From Leucoraja ocellata (Eukaryota), in assembly GCA_036785375.1 (NCBI GenBank), contig JAWMAR010000030.1, positions 6,448,001 to 6,512,000 of the forward strand: a stretch of DNA of 64,000 nt. Direction: 5' to 3'. The notes beneath the pieces were generated by a model. That model saw only the letters and a program-made list of their open reading frames with translations. It was not told where the DNA came from and did not search any database. The number at the start of each line of letters is the position of its first letter. Position 1 is the first letter of the stretch. A program made the position numbers and the translations under genes. Below, piece after piece: positions 1-13,199 of the stretch.

Positions 1-1459
1 CCTCATGCCATGCCCATGCTGCCCATTTTGCCATCTGCATTAATCCCATTTGCCTGCAATCCGGCAAAATAATTAAACATGAGATTTAATTTTTGTTAAG
101 AATGCTTGAATCCGTGCTTCAATAAAAGTCAAATTGATTTTATGGCTTATGTCTGCAGTTTTGCTACACCCTCGGCCATCTGTATTCACTGGATTATACT
201 GCACTCAATTCTGGCAGTCGATATTACATTAAAAATGTACTATTGGTCAATGTTTTCAGAAAAGACATAATTACATACTTTGCTGTCACTGATAAATGAC
301 TATTCAAATAGAATTAAAATTTGCATTTTTAACATTACGTTTCATAGACATTAAGAGATATTTGGGGCCGACTAATTGGTAATCTAATCTAGCATTCAGT
401 GAAGTTATTTGGAGAATAAATTGATGACTAGGAGAAATATAGTCGAGGTAAAAATAATGGGACAGAAATCTTTACAAGGCAGCATACTAAAATGAACTCA
501 GACCTGCCAGTAATTAAAAGGATGATACAGGAGTGTAATCCCCTGTGGAACAATATTGGAATTCATTTACTGCCACTGTAGTTCAGCCTGTAGATGTATA
601 CCACAGCATAAGGCAAGTGTTCAGATGCAATTTTATCATTGCAGGCCAGGACAATTGGCAAGCTACAGACATCAATGTTGACAGTCCTATAACAGTGTTG
701 TGCATGTGTTGGCTTCAAAACGACTATGAAATGTAGTGTAAATCCATCTTTAAAATAACAAGACGGAACATGTGTTACCAAAACGTCCCATAAAATTCTT
801 GCTCTTATTCATCATTTTCTCATTGTCAGCTGTTTGACAATGTTTCTTTGTCTTTCATTGTGTCTTTTGTTCTCTGTGCTTTTCTTAATCTTAGTTAAAT
901 GTTAGTTTGCCAATCATTTGTGTTCAAGCATTTCTGCCATATCTGCAAAATCCTTTTTTTCTGGTTTTCAAGAAAATGATAAACGCTCATTGTCAAATTT
1001 CGAGTTTGTTAGACAGAAAAACTCGACATGTCAACTGAAATCGGACATATGATTTGTAAGTATTGCTTTAACACCAAAGCTGCATCTTATGCTGCCCATT
1101 CCATTGAGCATCACTCCCTGCCTAATGTGAAGTGATTTGGCTGTACTTTGAGTTTAAAAAGATCGTGGCTAAACTTGAACTCCTGCTGAAGGATAATTCC
1201 CACCAACTAAGCCCACATACCACTGCCCCCACATCTCCCAGCTCCACAAATGAACCCTTAAACCAAGGAAACCCTTTTAGACATGCATGTTCCATCTTTT
1301 ATTTGGACACTGAGAATCATAATGAAACATGCTCTGCAGTAATTTTAAGTCTAAAATGTGTTTCAAGGTTGCCGATCAATAAGTTCTTACCTTCATAACG
1401 TTAAACAAATCTATAAATAACATTATTAAAAATTAATGACACAACAAAAAATGATCTAG

Positions 1460-2128
1460 ACAACATCATCCCATTTTCCAGCCCTTGATCCATAACCCTA
1501 CTGACACTATTAAAATATGATGATTGTTTTTGTTTCTATTGCCCTCTCTGGCAATGAGTTTGAGAACCCTGCACTCTCTAGATTACATAAAATGGCGTAA
1601 TCTTTCCTCTATTTTACCAATTACCAAGTCTATGTCCTTTGTATTTTGACACACATATTTCCTATGACAGAAAGAATTTCCAGGCCTATCCAACTTTTCC
1701 TCATAATTAATCATTTTTAGTCCTGGGCACCATTCTTATAAATTACCATTGCACCATCTCCTGTACAATTATATATTTCCTGAACAATGGTGACCTGAAT
1801 TGTATACAGTACTTGTATTATACCTAAGTAGAATTGTACTCTTCTGTGCTTTCATACCACAATTTTCATGCTTTTATATTATATGTTTGACAATAAAATG
1901 AAGCATCCTTTTGCATTCTTAATTTGCTGATCCTCCTGTCCTCCCCAATTGTCCTGTCCTGTCCCCTTTCCTACCCAATTGACCAAATTATTCATATCCT
2001 CCTGAGTTTGGAAGTTTTTCTCCTCCCTCGGTACCACTTGACAATTTTTAAATCATTTTTAGACTTCTTTATCTTGCTCACTAATTGAAGCCAAAATCCA
2101 TAATATAATCAGTAACCAGCAAGAGACC
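1460..2128 (-). mobile_element. Old degenerate CR1-like LINE fragment
   Basis: Antisense CR1 ORF2/3' motifs (ccctctctggcaatgagtt, ggtgacctgaattgtatacagtac, accagcaagagacc); heavily diverged. Confidence 0.4.
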
Positions 2129-2130
2129 TA

Positions 2131-2520
2131 AGGGCCTATCCCACTATGGCGACCTAATTTGCGAGTTTAGAAGAGGTTGCGCCTGCCACAAATTTGCAGC
2201 AAGGTCGACACGTGGTCCTAGAGGTCACCTTAATTCTCCTTCATGCTCGAGAGATGTTCCTGCATACTCGCAACCTCAGTTTGGTCGAAGAACATTTTCA
2301 ACGTGCTGAAAATTTTTCCGCGAGTAAAAATTGGTCGGCATAGTTCTTTTGAACTCGTAGTGCAGTGGTAGTGGGGTCGCCATGTAGTAATAGGTAGTCG
2401 AGGTAGCCGTAGACAATCTCCATTGCTGACCGGGCATTGGCTCATTGGGGGGAAAAAATGTAAGCACGTGTTTTCAAACAAAGTTAAAATTTGTCTGGCT
2501 TTTTAAAAGTGTCTCCAGTC
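2131..2520. mobile_element. MITE-like DNA transposon, left end only, related to the 13200 element
   Basis: Starts AGGGCCTATCCCACT, nearly identical to the TIR at 13200/13505; CpG-rich interior; no right TIR found (runs into a C-rich tract). Confidence 0.6.
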
Positions 2521-2597
2521 CTTCTTCCCACCCCCCCCCCCCCTTCTCTCCCCTTCACCCCCCTTCTCCTCTCCCTGCACCCCCCCCCCCCCTCCCC

Positions 2598-2690
2598 AAA
2601 TGCAGACAGCTGGGACTAGTGTAGCTGGGACATGTTGGCCAGTGTGGGCAACTTGGGCCGAAGGGCCTGTTTCCACACTGTATCACTATG
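2598..2690 (+). mobile_element. CR1/HER1 LINE 3' tail
   Basis: gggccgaagggcctgtttccacactgtat terminal motif shared by CR1 tails and HE1 SINEs in this window. Confidence 0.7.
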
Positions 2691-3522
2691 ACCCTATTCT
2701 CCTGTTTTACGTATTTTTTATAACAAACAAATGAGTGACTTACCTTCCACCCATTGTTCTCCTGACTGTTGTAAGAACCAAGAGCATGGTGTTGAACGCA
2801 GAAAAATATTCTTAGAATTTTTTGCTGGCTTTAAATTACCTGATTTATTGAATTCAATTTCACAACCTGTTGTGTGATTTTGAACTTGAGACCTTTGGCT
2901 TGCAGGCCCATTCGCTACTATATACCATATGTTTTTGGGCTGTGTTCCAAATCACCAATCTGGGTGATAAAATAGTGGCTCTTTTCTCCCAGATTCTTGT
3001 AAGTTAAACAACTAAAATATCTACTTAAGAAGTTGGCGCTTTCAAGATATATTCTAGATTGTGGAAAAAGAACCAACTTTATCATTGGCCTCATCAACTA
3101 CTTCATAACTCACAGAACTATAGTCCATCCCAAGAGACTGCCTGAAAAGAAGTATTAGGTGGAATTCCATTAATTTTCTGCACTGGCCAAGAGTGCTAGC
3201 AAAATATAAGGGCTGAGCAGTTAAAGAACAAGTTGTAGGTGAGAGATTCAGTTTTTTAGAGTGTCCATCAGAGAATACAATCAAGAAGTGTATACAACCA
3301 TACGCACGACAAAGAACTATCTAAAATAGTTAATTTCCATTTTATTTTAAATTATGTGGCCTCTTAGTGATTAATCTGTGAATATCTAATAACATGGCAA
3401 TTGCTAGATGTAACACACTAAGATGGTGGATGTTGTGTGGTCTGTGCCACCAAATGCCCACATTAGATAATAATTACTTTGAGTATTTATAAAATATTGT
3501 CATAAAAGACCAGTATTTATTT

Positions 3523-4140
3523 CAAGCATTCATTTCAAGAGGGTTAGAATACAAAAACAGGGATGGAATACTGATCAGGCCGCAGTAGGAGTATTTTGAG
3601 CAATTTTGGGCACCATATCTGAGGAAGGATGTGCTGGCCCTGGTGAGAGGTCCAGCCAAGGTTTACAAGAATGATCCCAGGAATGAATGGGTCAACTTAT
3701 GATGAGTGTTTGACAGCACAGGACCTGTACTCGCTGGAGTTTAGAAGAATGAGGGTTGACCTTGTTGAAACTTACCCAATAGTGAAAGGCTTGGATAGAG
3801 TGGATGTGGAGAGGATGTTTCCACTAGTCAAAGAGTCCAGATCTGGAGATCATAGCCTCAGAGTTAAAGGTTGTTCCTTTCGGAAGGAGGTGAGGAGGAA
3901 TTTATTTAGTCAGAGGGTGGTGTATCTGTGGAATTCTTTGGCACAGAATGCTGTGGAGGCCAAGTCAGTGGATATTTTTAAGGCAGAGATAGATAGATTT
4001 TTGTTTAGTACAGGTGTCAGGGGTGATGGGGAGAAGGCAGCAGAATGGGGTTAGGAGGGAGAGATAAATCAGCCATGATTGAATGGCGGAGTAGACTTGA
4101 TGGGCCAAATGGCCTAATTCTGCTCCTATTACTTATGACC
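3523..4140 (+). mobile_element. CR1 (HER1-like) LINE, 5'-truncated
   Basis: ORF 3671-4054 LYSLEFRRMRVDLVETY...FSQRVVYLWNSL is the CR1 ORF2 C-terminus; CR1 3' UTR follows. Confidence 0.9.
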
Positions 4141-4240
4141 TTGTAATCTAAAATCATATTTAAAAATAAAAATGGAACTTGCTGGAAATATACAGCTATT
4201 CAGGTAACTGTGGAGAAAGTAACTTAATTATTCTGACAAT

Positions 4241-4331
4241 AGACATAAAATGCTGGAGTTACAGCGGGTCAGGCAGCATCTCTGGAGAAAATGGATATGT
4301 GATGTTTTGGGTCGGGACCCTCCTTCAGACG
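4241..4331 (-). mobile_element. Penelope-derived short element with degenerate hammerhead core
   Basis: Reverse complement of the gtctgaag...gaccc...agatgctgcctgacccgctg...ctccagcatttt motif repeated across the window. Confidence 0.7.
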
Positions 4332-4794
4332 CTTCTTTATTTATTCAACCATTTGCCTGACCTGTTGAGTGTTTCTAGCGTTTTCTGGTTTTACTTTGAA
4401 TTTCCCAACACCTTTTCATTTTGAACATTTAAATGTTCACATTATATATTAAGAGTATTTTGAAATATTTCATAAGTGACTTATTGACATATAAAATAAT
4501 TGACAAATTTTGTTGGAGGGTTGTTCTCAAGAACATAAATCTCTTTCCAAGTTTTTATACATGAAGTAATTCCAGCTCTCCGAGATTTTCTCTCCTCGTT
4601 TCATTTCACTATAGATTCAAATTCAGCAAACAGTTGGGAGTGAGAATCCTCTGGTTTAAAATGTTGTCTTTCCACCAATGTTGCTGATTTATTTCTACCA
4701 TTTTCAGCTTATTTTCTGATTTCCAGCATCTACAGTTTTTGATTTATTTTATAATTTCTTTATGTTGTCTATAACAATTTTACCCCTGCTGTAA

Positions 4795-5110
4795 GTAGGT
4801 GGTAATACTCTATTTCCTGTCAGAATCATGAATTCAGGCACCACTGATTTTTTTGTGCAGAATATTTTAGTGCCAACTGAAGGAGCACTGCATTGTTCAA
4901 GAGTCAAGCTTTCAAATAATGCAAAGGGAATGTATCGAATTCCTTAAAACTACTTAAAACTACACCAGGGAACCCTTCTGTTGTCCTTGCTATCATAATG
5001 AAAAACAGATTAAAACTAATGGGAACTTGATCAGTGGAAATTGGTGGTTGTTTTTGCCTATTTAACAGTGGTAACTATTCAGTGGTACTGTCAGTGGATA
5101 GTAATTATGT
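4795..5110 (+). mobile_element. Ancient Deu-domain SINE (SacSINE1/AmnSINE-like), degenerate
   Basis: ggtaatactct...gtcagaa...ctgaaggagcactgcattgtt...aaaacagatta...aacagtggtaact resembles my recollection of the Deu-SINE consensus. Confidence 0.4.
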
Positions 5111-7349
5111 AGAATAATCTATGGATGAGACAATCTGCTCTATGAATATAAGGTTAATCTGCAAAGTAAATATTCTTGAACTGAGCAATGCATGTGCAAC
5201 TCCATGGAAGAAAGCAATTTGTAATTCGGGACCAACTCACTATCACACTCAGACATTATTTGGAATTTTGATGAGATTTGAATTGCCATTCCAGTAAAGA
5301 ATACTGCACTGCATTTCAGGTCAAGGCATGTTATATTAGATTTGCAGTTTAAATTTATATTGAATTTAATTGGGCCCACAGGATGAAACAACTTGTTAAT
5401 TAGCTTCCTGTGGAGCTTTGCTTGCTTGTAGACGTGTGTCTGCACACGTATAGTTCCACTGCAAGTCCTGAAGAAAATTACAGACATTTTAACTCGCTTT
5501 TTAAACACTAAAATCTCCTCGCTGATACTGTTATTCCAAAGTGAGATAATTCAATAAATGATCACGATGCATTTTTGTTTTTGCGATACAAGGCCTTCAA
5601 TCATTTGGTTCAGCAATCCTGAAGGATAATCTTTAAGGGCCCTAAATAGTTATGTGGAACTGCATCTTAATGTAGAATTCTATATCCAACAGCATTTTAT
5701 TTCCTGTTAAAATATTTGCACGTTTTCAGTGAACAAATGCAGCTGAATCCAAAATGGTTATATCTTATTATGGTTACCACTCTCAATTCAGTCCACACTA
5801 TTCTAAAAAACACTTAATTCTTAAAGCTACTAAACCCAGGAAATATTTGAGTTTTTATTTTCCAATCACATCGACAGTGGATGCTTATGTTTGTAGCTGA
5901 ATAAAAAACCCAAGCAATTGTCAAGAAAAGAGTAGGCTGTCAAAATAATAGTTAGAATGTTTCTTGATAGAATTTGTAGTAATGAAGAGAATTGAGAGAT
6001 TTGAAATTAGCAGATCATTCAAGAAAACAAAAATCTAAAATATTGTTGAAGACCCATCACAGTGAATACTCCTTTTCTAGTCTTTTCTAGTTTTAGAATA
6101 ATTTGCCATCTGAGAAAACGAATTGTCACTAACCCAGTAATAATGGTAAATTGACAAACAACTTGTACTAGCAAAGTTATTCTATGATTAAATGGTTATA
6201 TTTTTGTAACAACATTGGCATTCCATGATTGATGGGCACTGTGTTTGCAATGGGATTGTGTGTCTATGATTGATGGGCTTTCTGTTTATAATAAGCTTGA
6301 TGCTGTATTTGACAGACAATGTATTTGCAATGGGGGTCAGTGCTCTATGATTGACAGGAAATCATTCTTTGGCCTCCTTTTCTACTGGGACTGCTCTCAC
6401 TTCACTATTTTGTTCCATTCCCATTGTTCTTTAATTGCAATCCTCTTGACGACTACCCCATGTGGCCCGTTTATTTCATTCCCTTGGTATACAGTCATGT
6501 TTTCAGTTTTTTTTCTTACCATCACTATTGCCCTACCAAACCTCCAGCCTCCTTTCCTTGCCCCTCTATTCATGGAACAAGACCTGCTCTTTGTTGCTGG
6601 CAACAGCACTGCAACCTCGCAGCTTTCTAACCATTTGTAAACATATATTTCTGCAGCTAAATTATCTGTGCAGTCTTCCTTCCTCCATTGATATATCCAG
6701 AGTTAATCTCTCAATCTGAACATCTCCCATGCAATGAACACCATATAACTTTTAATATGGCAAGGGGCACAACATGAGCAAATCTTTCACATAATTAACA
6801 TTGTCCATTTATGGCTAATCCCCATTAAACGCCACTGAAGCTTAATGTTTACTATCAAAACTGATTACCGATGTGGAGTCTTCCTGGTGAGCATCCTTCT
6901 TTATTTATTTCCTTCAGATGCCATCTGTTCCTTAAATATCATCTGAGAACTGTTGAGTTTATGGTTTTCTTCATAGCTAACAATAATACCATTCTTCAAG
7001 TCCACAAACTTCTCCGAGTCCACTAGTCCAAAGATTCCTCTGGTCACTAGCCGTGCAACATTTACTTCAAATTCCTCTTTTCTTTCTTACATCACCTCAC
7101 AAAGGTCTTGTTTTTTTTAAAGAAGATATAATCACATTTAGGTATCTGGATGTCACTGATGAAGCCACAACTTATTGGCTATTGTTCATGGTCCAACATC
7201 TTCAATTTCTGCAGTCCTTTCCTCTTAGCCACTGTTAAACTGTGTTAAGTAGGTTGTAGATATATATACTCTGATCTGCTCTTATAACTGCAGTATTTAT
7301 AAGATTTTTAATAACATCTTAGATTGTAAAAGATTGTTATAATTTATTT

Positions 7350-7455
7350 AGTCTGTCTCAGTCTGAAGAAGGGTTTCGACCCAAAACGTCGCCTATTTCC
7401 TTCGCTCCATAGATGCTGCTGCACCCGCTGAGTTTCTCCAGCATTTTTGTGTACC
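7350..7455 (+). mobile_element. Penelope-derived hammerhead-bearing short insertion with 15-bp TSD
   Basis: tgttataatttattt at 7335-7349 and 7456-7470; internal CTGAAGA-A-GGGTT-TC-GACCC-AAAAC-GTC. Confidence 0.8.
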
Positions 7456-7929
7456 TGTTATAATTTATTTGTTCTGTAGCTAGGTGCTATAGAATCTATC
7501 ATCCACTGTGAATGCACGTCCACCCTGGGCAACTCTCTCTAACCAAGTAGTACTGTGAGATCTTACTGCTGTATCCTGAAGTTAGTTATTAGTCCATATC
7601 CTTTATCAGAAATGTCCTTCATCATCTACCTCTCCATGTAGTTATCCCCAGTCACGACTAGTCTAACTTGTTCTTGTTTGGCCTCCTAGTCCCCACTTTC
7701 AATAAACACATCCAATTTGTTTCCTATTTATCATGCAACACAGTTCCAGGTTTGAGTCAGCTGGAGGGCATACATCTGCTTTTGTTTCTCTGCTCTTTGG
7801 ATAGGTAAGCAGTAGAGGGACATGGCATGGACAAGTGGGCTGTGGATTGTAAGGGTCGGTTTCCATGCTGTACTTTTCTATGATTATGTGATACAACCAT
7901 CTCTGTACAAAATTCATCTTCGGATCCCT

Positions 7930-8350
7930 TCGACAGTCAAAAAGGCACAACAGAGGATGTATTTCCTGCGGCAGCTGAGGAAGCACAACCTACCACAGGC
8001 AATGATGGTCCAATTCTGTAGGGCCATCGTAGAGTCTGTCCTCACCTTCTCCATCATGGCCTGGTTTGGCTCAGCCACCAAGCACGACACACGGAGGCTG
8101 CAGCGAATCATCCGATCAGCTGAGAAGGTTATTGGCTGCAACCTTCCCTCCATTGACGAACTGTACACTGCAAGGACCAGGAAGCAAGCGATCAAGATCA
8201 TCTCTGACCCCTCTCACCCTGGCCACAAACTATTTGAATCGTTTCCCTCTGGAATGAGACTCCGGACTGTCAAAGCTGCCACAACCAGACATAAAAACAG
8301 CTTTTTTCTACGAGTAGTTGCTCTACTCAATAACCAAAAATCTGTAGCCT
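7930..8350 (+). mobile_element. Rex1/Babar non-LTR retrotransposon ORF2 C-terminal fragment
   Basis: VKKAQQRMYFLRQLRK...IVESVLTFSIMAWFG...DPSHPGHKLF...SG.RLR...NSFF is typical of Rex-Babar. Confidence 0.85.
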
Positions 8351-9059
8351 CCTTTTGCTCTGGTATAAACTTATTCATTCATTCATTGATTTATTGTCTC
8401 CAGCCCCAGAACCATACATTCCTATCTTGTCAATTTGCCGCCTACCATGCTTACAGTGCAAAACTCTTAGCTTTGTCATCCTCTCCCTCCTTTTTATCTC
8501 TTCATCTTCATCCCTGCAGTATCTTCTTTACTCATTGTTGGTCTTTGTCTCCTAATTCTTCTGTGAAAACTCACTGGGCATTTTACTCAAAAAAAAAAGA
8601 AAGGTGCAAGTGAGTTATTCTTTCTGCACTCTGTGTCACTTATCTTGACTTTTATCTGTGGAAGAATAGACATTCCGTGATTAAAAGTAGCTTTAGCTAA
8701 TAAGAGAAGCTTTGATTGAAAGACACTTGCCAATGGGAAAGACGGTGTGATTGGCAGTGTATCTTATAGGAAAGACACTGACTGACAGTGTGTCTAACAG
8801 GAAAGGCACTATAATTAATGGGTAGAATATCTAACGGTGCACAATGAGATGTACAAATCTAATGGCAGGATGTCGACATTTTGTGCACCTATAGTAGGAG
8901 TGGAACTGTAAACAGCATATATGGTATAGCTAATTGTAGAAACCCTGTGTTTGTCACAGAAGGTTTATTCTGATAGGGACTTGGCATACTTAATAGAGGT
9001 CACAATGTCACCCATTACATGAGTAATGCCAGTGTTGCCACTGTTGTTTCATGATTCAT

Positions 9060-9467
9060 GAGCTCCGATTTAACAAGCAGTAGATTCTTGGTTGGGAATC
9101 TTTTTCTCACGTTGTTCTACTGGATTGACATTTACTCTTGTTCTGTGTGTTCCAAGAAGACTGATAAGGCCATAATGGGAGTCATAGAAGATCCACATAG
9201 TAAGGGAGAGAACACCGCAGCTTACATGACATTTATCACACCTCAATAACCGCTCAATCGCTCAATAACTCTTTCCTGTGTGACCAAAGTCTGTGGCAAC
9301 ACATTAAAGCAGCTGTGAATTCCATCATCGGTGTCTGCTTCTGTTGAGAGGTGACTCCTGAGAAGAGGAAAGTCAATTTTCCAAGTCCCATCATCTGCAA
9401 GGTAGTGTGGAGCAATAGGGGCATGTTGATAGAGTGTCTTGTGGATGTTAAGTATGAGACCTTCCAC
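9060..9467 (-). mobile_element. RTE-clade LINE remnant, RT C-terminal part
   Basis: GLILNIHKT...DFPLLRSHLSTEADTDDGIH resembles RTE GLTLNIRKT...HFPYLGSLLS..ADIDDEI. Confidence 0.65.
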
Positions 9468-9479
9468 TCATTTGTTTCA

Positions 9480-9712
9480 GTGAAAAAGCTTCACTTAATG
9501 TAGCGATCACTCTCATCAGCGAAGAGGATAATCCTGAGAGATGAACATGGATGTCTTTTCATGTAAGTAGATCAGTCTTAATGCAGTAACTGTCGAGGAG
9601 CCTCCCTGCTATCTGCCACTTGAAAGGTCATCGCCAGGATCCACCTCAACGATCTCCTCCCTGTGGCCAAAGAGCTGCTCCCTGAATCACTGAACTTTGT
9701 CCATCCAGAGAT
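9480..9712 (+). mobile_element. RTE-clade LINE remnant, RT N-terminal part (inverted relative to neighbour)
   Basis: Translates CSNCRGASLLSAT*KVIARIHLNDLLPVAKELLPES, matching RTE C.NYRGISLLS..GKV.ARILLNRL...AE.LLPESQ. Confidence 0.75.
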
Positions 9713-12448
9713 ATAGTGAGTATGAACAACTTCAAGAAAAGTGCAGGGAATAACACTAATTACTGGACTCTGCCTTACTCAATCTCACTAATTGCCTTAC
9801 TCATTTTCACCAATTTCTTGGACTCCTTCAATCAGGATGAGCACGTGAATCAACAAGGCATACAACGCTACAAATTAAATGCTAATAAATATGATTAGTA
9901 TAGATGGGTCCTCGATGAATTGACATGATGGATTGAAGGGTCTTCTTCAGTGGTCTATTATTCTGACTACTTAAATTGGCATTAGTTCGCAAGTTTAAAG
10001 AATCTGTGAATGCATTTTATAAAGCTGGTGGTACTTGAGAGAAGCATGTGATCAAAAGCATTTCCATCTAATTATTTCAGTTTAAATACTAGAACTCCAC
10101 ATCCAATAGTATATTGGGTGTACTTTCCACAAAAAGCCTCCAGAGATCCTAGAACTTAAGCCATCACCTTCTCAGGGAACATTGGATACCGGGGAGGATT
10201 GTTGTGCTTCTTGTAATATCCATTTTTAACAACAAATATAAAAACATTTTATTACAGCTCCACGCAAGTTAGACCTTCGCAGCCGCCTGCCTAATACATG
10301 GTGATGAATTGCATTGTTCATAACCGACTGTCAGTAGTGGAGTAGTAATCGGTAGTGAAGATGTTCACAATGCGGAATCAACTTTCCAAACTATATTGAG
10401 TTCTAACATTTCAATTTATTTCATGGCAGTGATCCATGTTACAATGCTGCATCTGGTGTAGCAAGTGGAATTTGGTTTTGTCAGTTCCCAATGAGTAACC
10501 TGTAATCATTAAGTATTTGTAGTTAATCAAAGAAGTAATTTGTATTTGGAATTCAAGAGCTCAACATCAGTATGAGGGTTAGTGCAACAAAGGTTTTCTA
10601 TGTTGGATTGATGGAATGATGGAATTGAAACTATCTAACGTTGGGTTAATGTGAAGGATGCCAAGCAAGTTTTTCTTTCAACCACACGCACACAACTGTT
10701 TTTTTTAATGTTTAATGCCTATTTTTACCAGCATACTCTGAATATTTAAGAACATATATTTCAGATCATTTGTTACTGGTTTTGTACTGGTCATAAATAC
10801 TTTGGAACAATCAGTATGTTAAGTGATTAATGCAGGAATTTTCTCTTGCCTTTATAGTTGTGTATAGGGTGCTAAATCGTTCATTTATTGCTTTTTCTTG
10901 GGATATGGATGTTTCTCATTCCAATGCCTTTGTAAGACAGGGACTGAGCTATTGGGCAGGGGCTGCCGTGAAAATATTCCCACTGGGTTGTTTTTTTGTC
11001 AGATTTTGACTCAATTGGGACGAGAAACGGTGCTATAATTCCAAACCAGAATGATGCGCTGTATGATTAGTAGAATAATATGCCGGTGGTGATATTTCCA
11101 AGCAATTGCTGTCCTTTCCTTCTTGACAGTAGAGGTGATGGGTTTGGGAAATGCTGCCACGTGTTATAGTAAGGAGTTTTCTAAACTATGCCCAAGGGGG
11201 TTGTCTGTTATTTGCAATATAATCAGATAGCACAATATGCTTTAGAATCCAAAAAATAGCATATACAATCTAACCCAAATTTAATACGCATGGTAATTTA
11301 TAGTTGTAGATGATAAAGCATTTGGGACTGAGTAAGTATAGATCATTTACACAATGATATAACAACATCAGGGAAGGGAATAGTGGTTTACTTAACTAAT
11401 CTGGTGTGTGGCTTTCAGCTGAATGTATGATTATAATTTGTGAAATGCTTATATGCTCTAAACATGGGCACCAATTTTCAAAAATAAAAACTGAAGATAG
11501 CAGAAATCTGACATAAAATTATGAAATGCTAGCAAGTCAGGCACAATAAAACAGAGTGAATGTTTTCAAGGGCTCGATTTAAAATGATGACTGCTTTTCT
11601 TTTCTCAAATGCTGCGAAACTTGCTGAGTGTCTAAATCTTTTGATATCCAGATTCTATGAATTAATGGTTTATATGAATATACTGTAGGCATAACCAGCA
11701 GGAGAATTGGCTCTTTGTCATTGCAAGTGTCTTTTCCTATACTTGCACCTATTTTTGGAATCGCACTTGCAAGCTTACAAATTCAGTGCACTTGTGGCAT
11801 ATGCAGACACAGAGAAACTGCTTCAGGTCAATGACCTTTCATTGCTCTGCTCATCATTTTGCTTTTGGAATATGGTAATCCTGGCTGGGCCACATGAATT
11901 ACATTGCCTTAAGAGAGCTGGCGACAATTCCATTTAATATGATGTTTAAATGTACAATGGTCCCTATCACATGAATTATTGACATTTACATTACTATGAA
12001 TCACTTCCTTCCAAAGAAAAAAAAATCTCAAGAATAAAACCAAACTAGTACAAATCTTCACTGCAAAAAGAAAACTCATGAAGCAACTTGACTGACATCT
12101 AAGCAAAATTTTGATGTATCAAACTTCAAGGCAACTAGCTGATATGTAGCCATGCAGATAGATATATATATATATTCATATAAATTTATGTTAACCTTTT
12201 TTTTCTATCCAACAAATAATAAATAGTTTGTTGTTATAATCTCTGAATTGCATAGGTGACTGAAAATCTAATTTAATTCTACAGAAATTTCCAATTTCAG
12301 CAAAGTTAAACTTTGGTTAGCTAATCTCATCAAAAAATGTAATGTCCACTCATGTTAAATTGTTAAACTATTGAAAGGCAAATTAATGTTTTTAAAATCC
12401 TGAATGCCAACAGAGCATTTTTTTCCAAACAGATATATATATTATATT

Positions 12449-12820
12449 CACTGGAGTTTGGAAGAGTGAAAGGTGATCTAATTGAGACATGTCAGATATT
12501 TAGCCCTGAACAACATTAATGCTTAGAGGATTGTCCCCCTCTTGGGAGGGCATGGTGTAAAAATCGGCACGTCCATTTAAGACTGAGATGAGGAAGAATT
12601 TATTCTCTCGGGGGGTTGTAGTCTTTAAGAATTCCTAGTCCCAGAACCATATGGAGGCAGAATCTCTGAATACATTGAATGAATTTTAGCTGTGAGGGAA
12701 CCTTGGGTTATGGATAGGATTGGAAAGTGGAGAAGGAAGTTGGATCATCAATGAGCTAAATGATTAGCAGTTCAGGCTCAAGGGGCCAAGTGGCTGTTGT
12801 TCCCATTTCTAATGGTCTTA
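12449..12820 (+). mobile_element. Older CR1 3' fragment
   Basis: ctggagtttggaagagtgaaaggtgatctaattgagacat...tttaagactgagatgaggaagaattt. Confidence 0.75.
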
Positions 12821-13199
12821 AGGTCTAAATTTTCCTGCCCTTCTCCATATCTCTAAAATGTGTTAATTACTTCATTTTGAATCATGGTCTATCCAAACTA
12901 GTAATATTTCACATAAAGACAATGCCTGATGTTTAATTGATTACAAAAAGAGTGCCATTAAACTAGTACCTGTTACAATGCAGAATTCAATCAATGGACT
13001 CAGATGAGTTATAAAGATATTATCAGATGAATGGAAGTAATTAAAATATAAAAGGATAATGTTAAGGCTCAGAGCTTTTCTGATGGCATACTGATTAAAA
13101 AGCTTTTAGCCTTTCATTGAAAAGGTAGTCCGCAAGCCAGTGTGTTCTGCTGCCAGGGCTGGAAGTGTCCATTTGTTGAACTGCATGTCACTCACCTAA

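Noticed and set aside
1132-1398. 88-aa ORF as an upstream CCSER2 exon
   Set aside because: No convincing splice sites and no resemblance to recalled CCSER2 sequence.
7822-8613. 263-aa ORF as a host gene
   Set aside because: Its core is Rex-Babar ORF2; the flanks are chance open frame.
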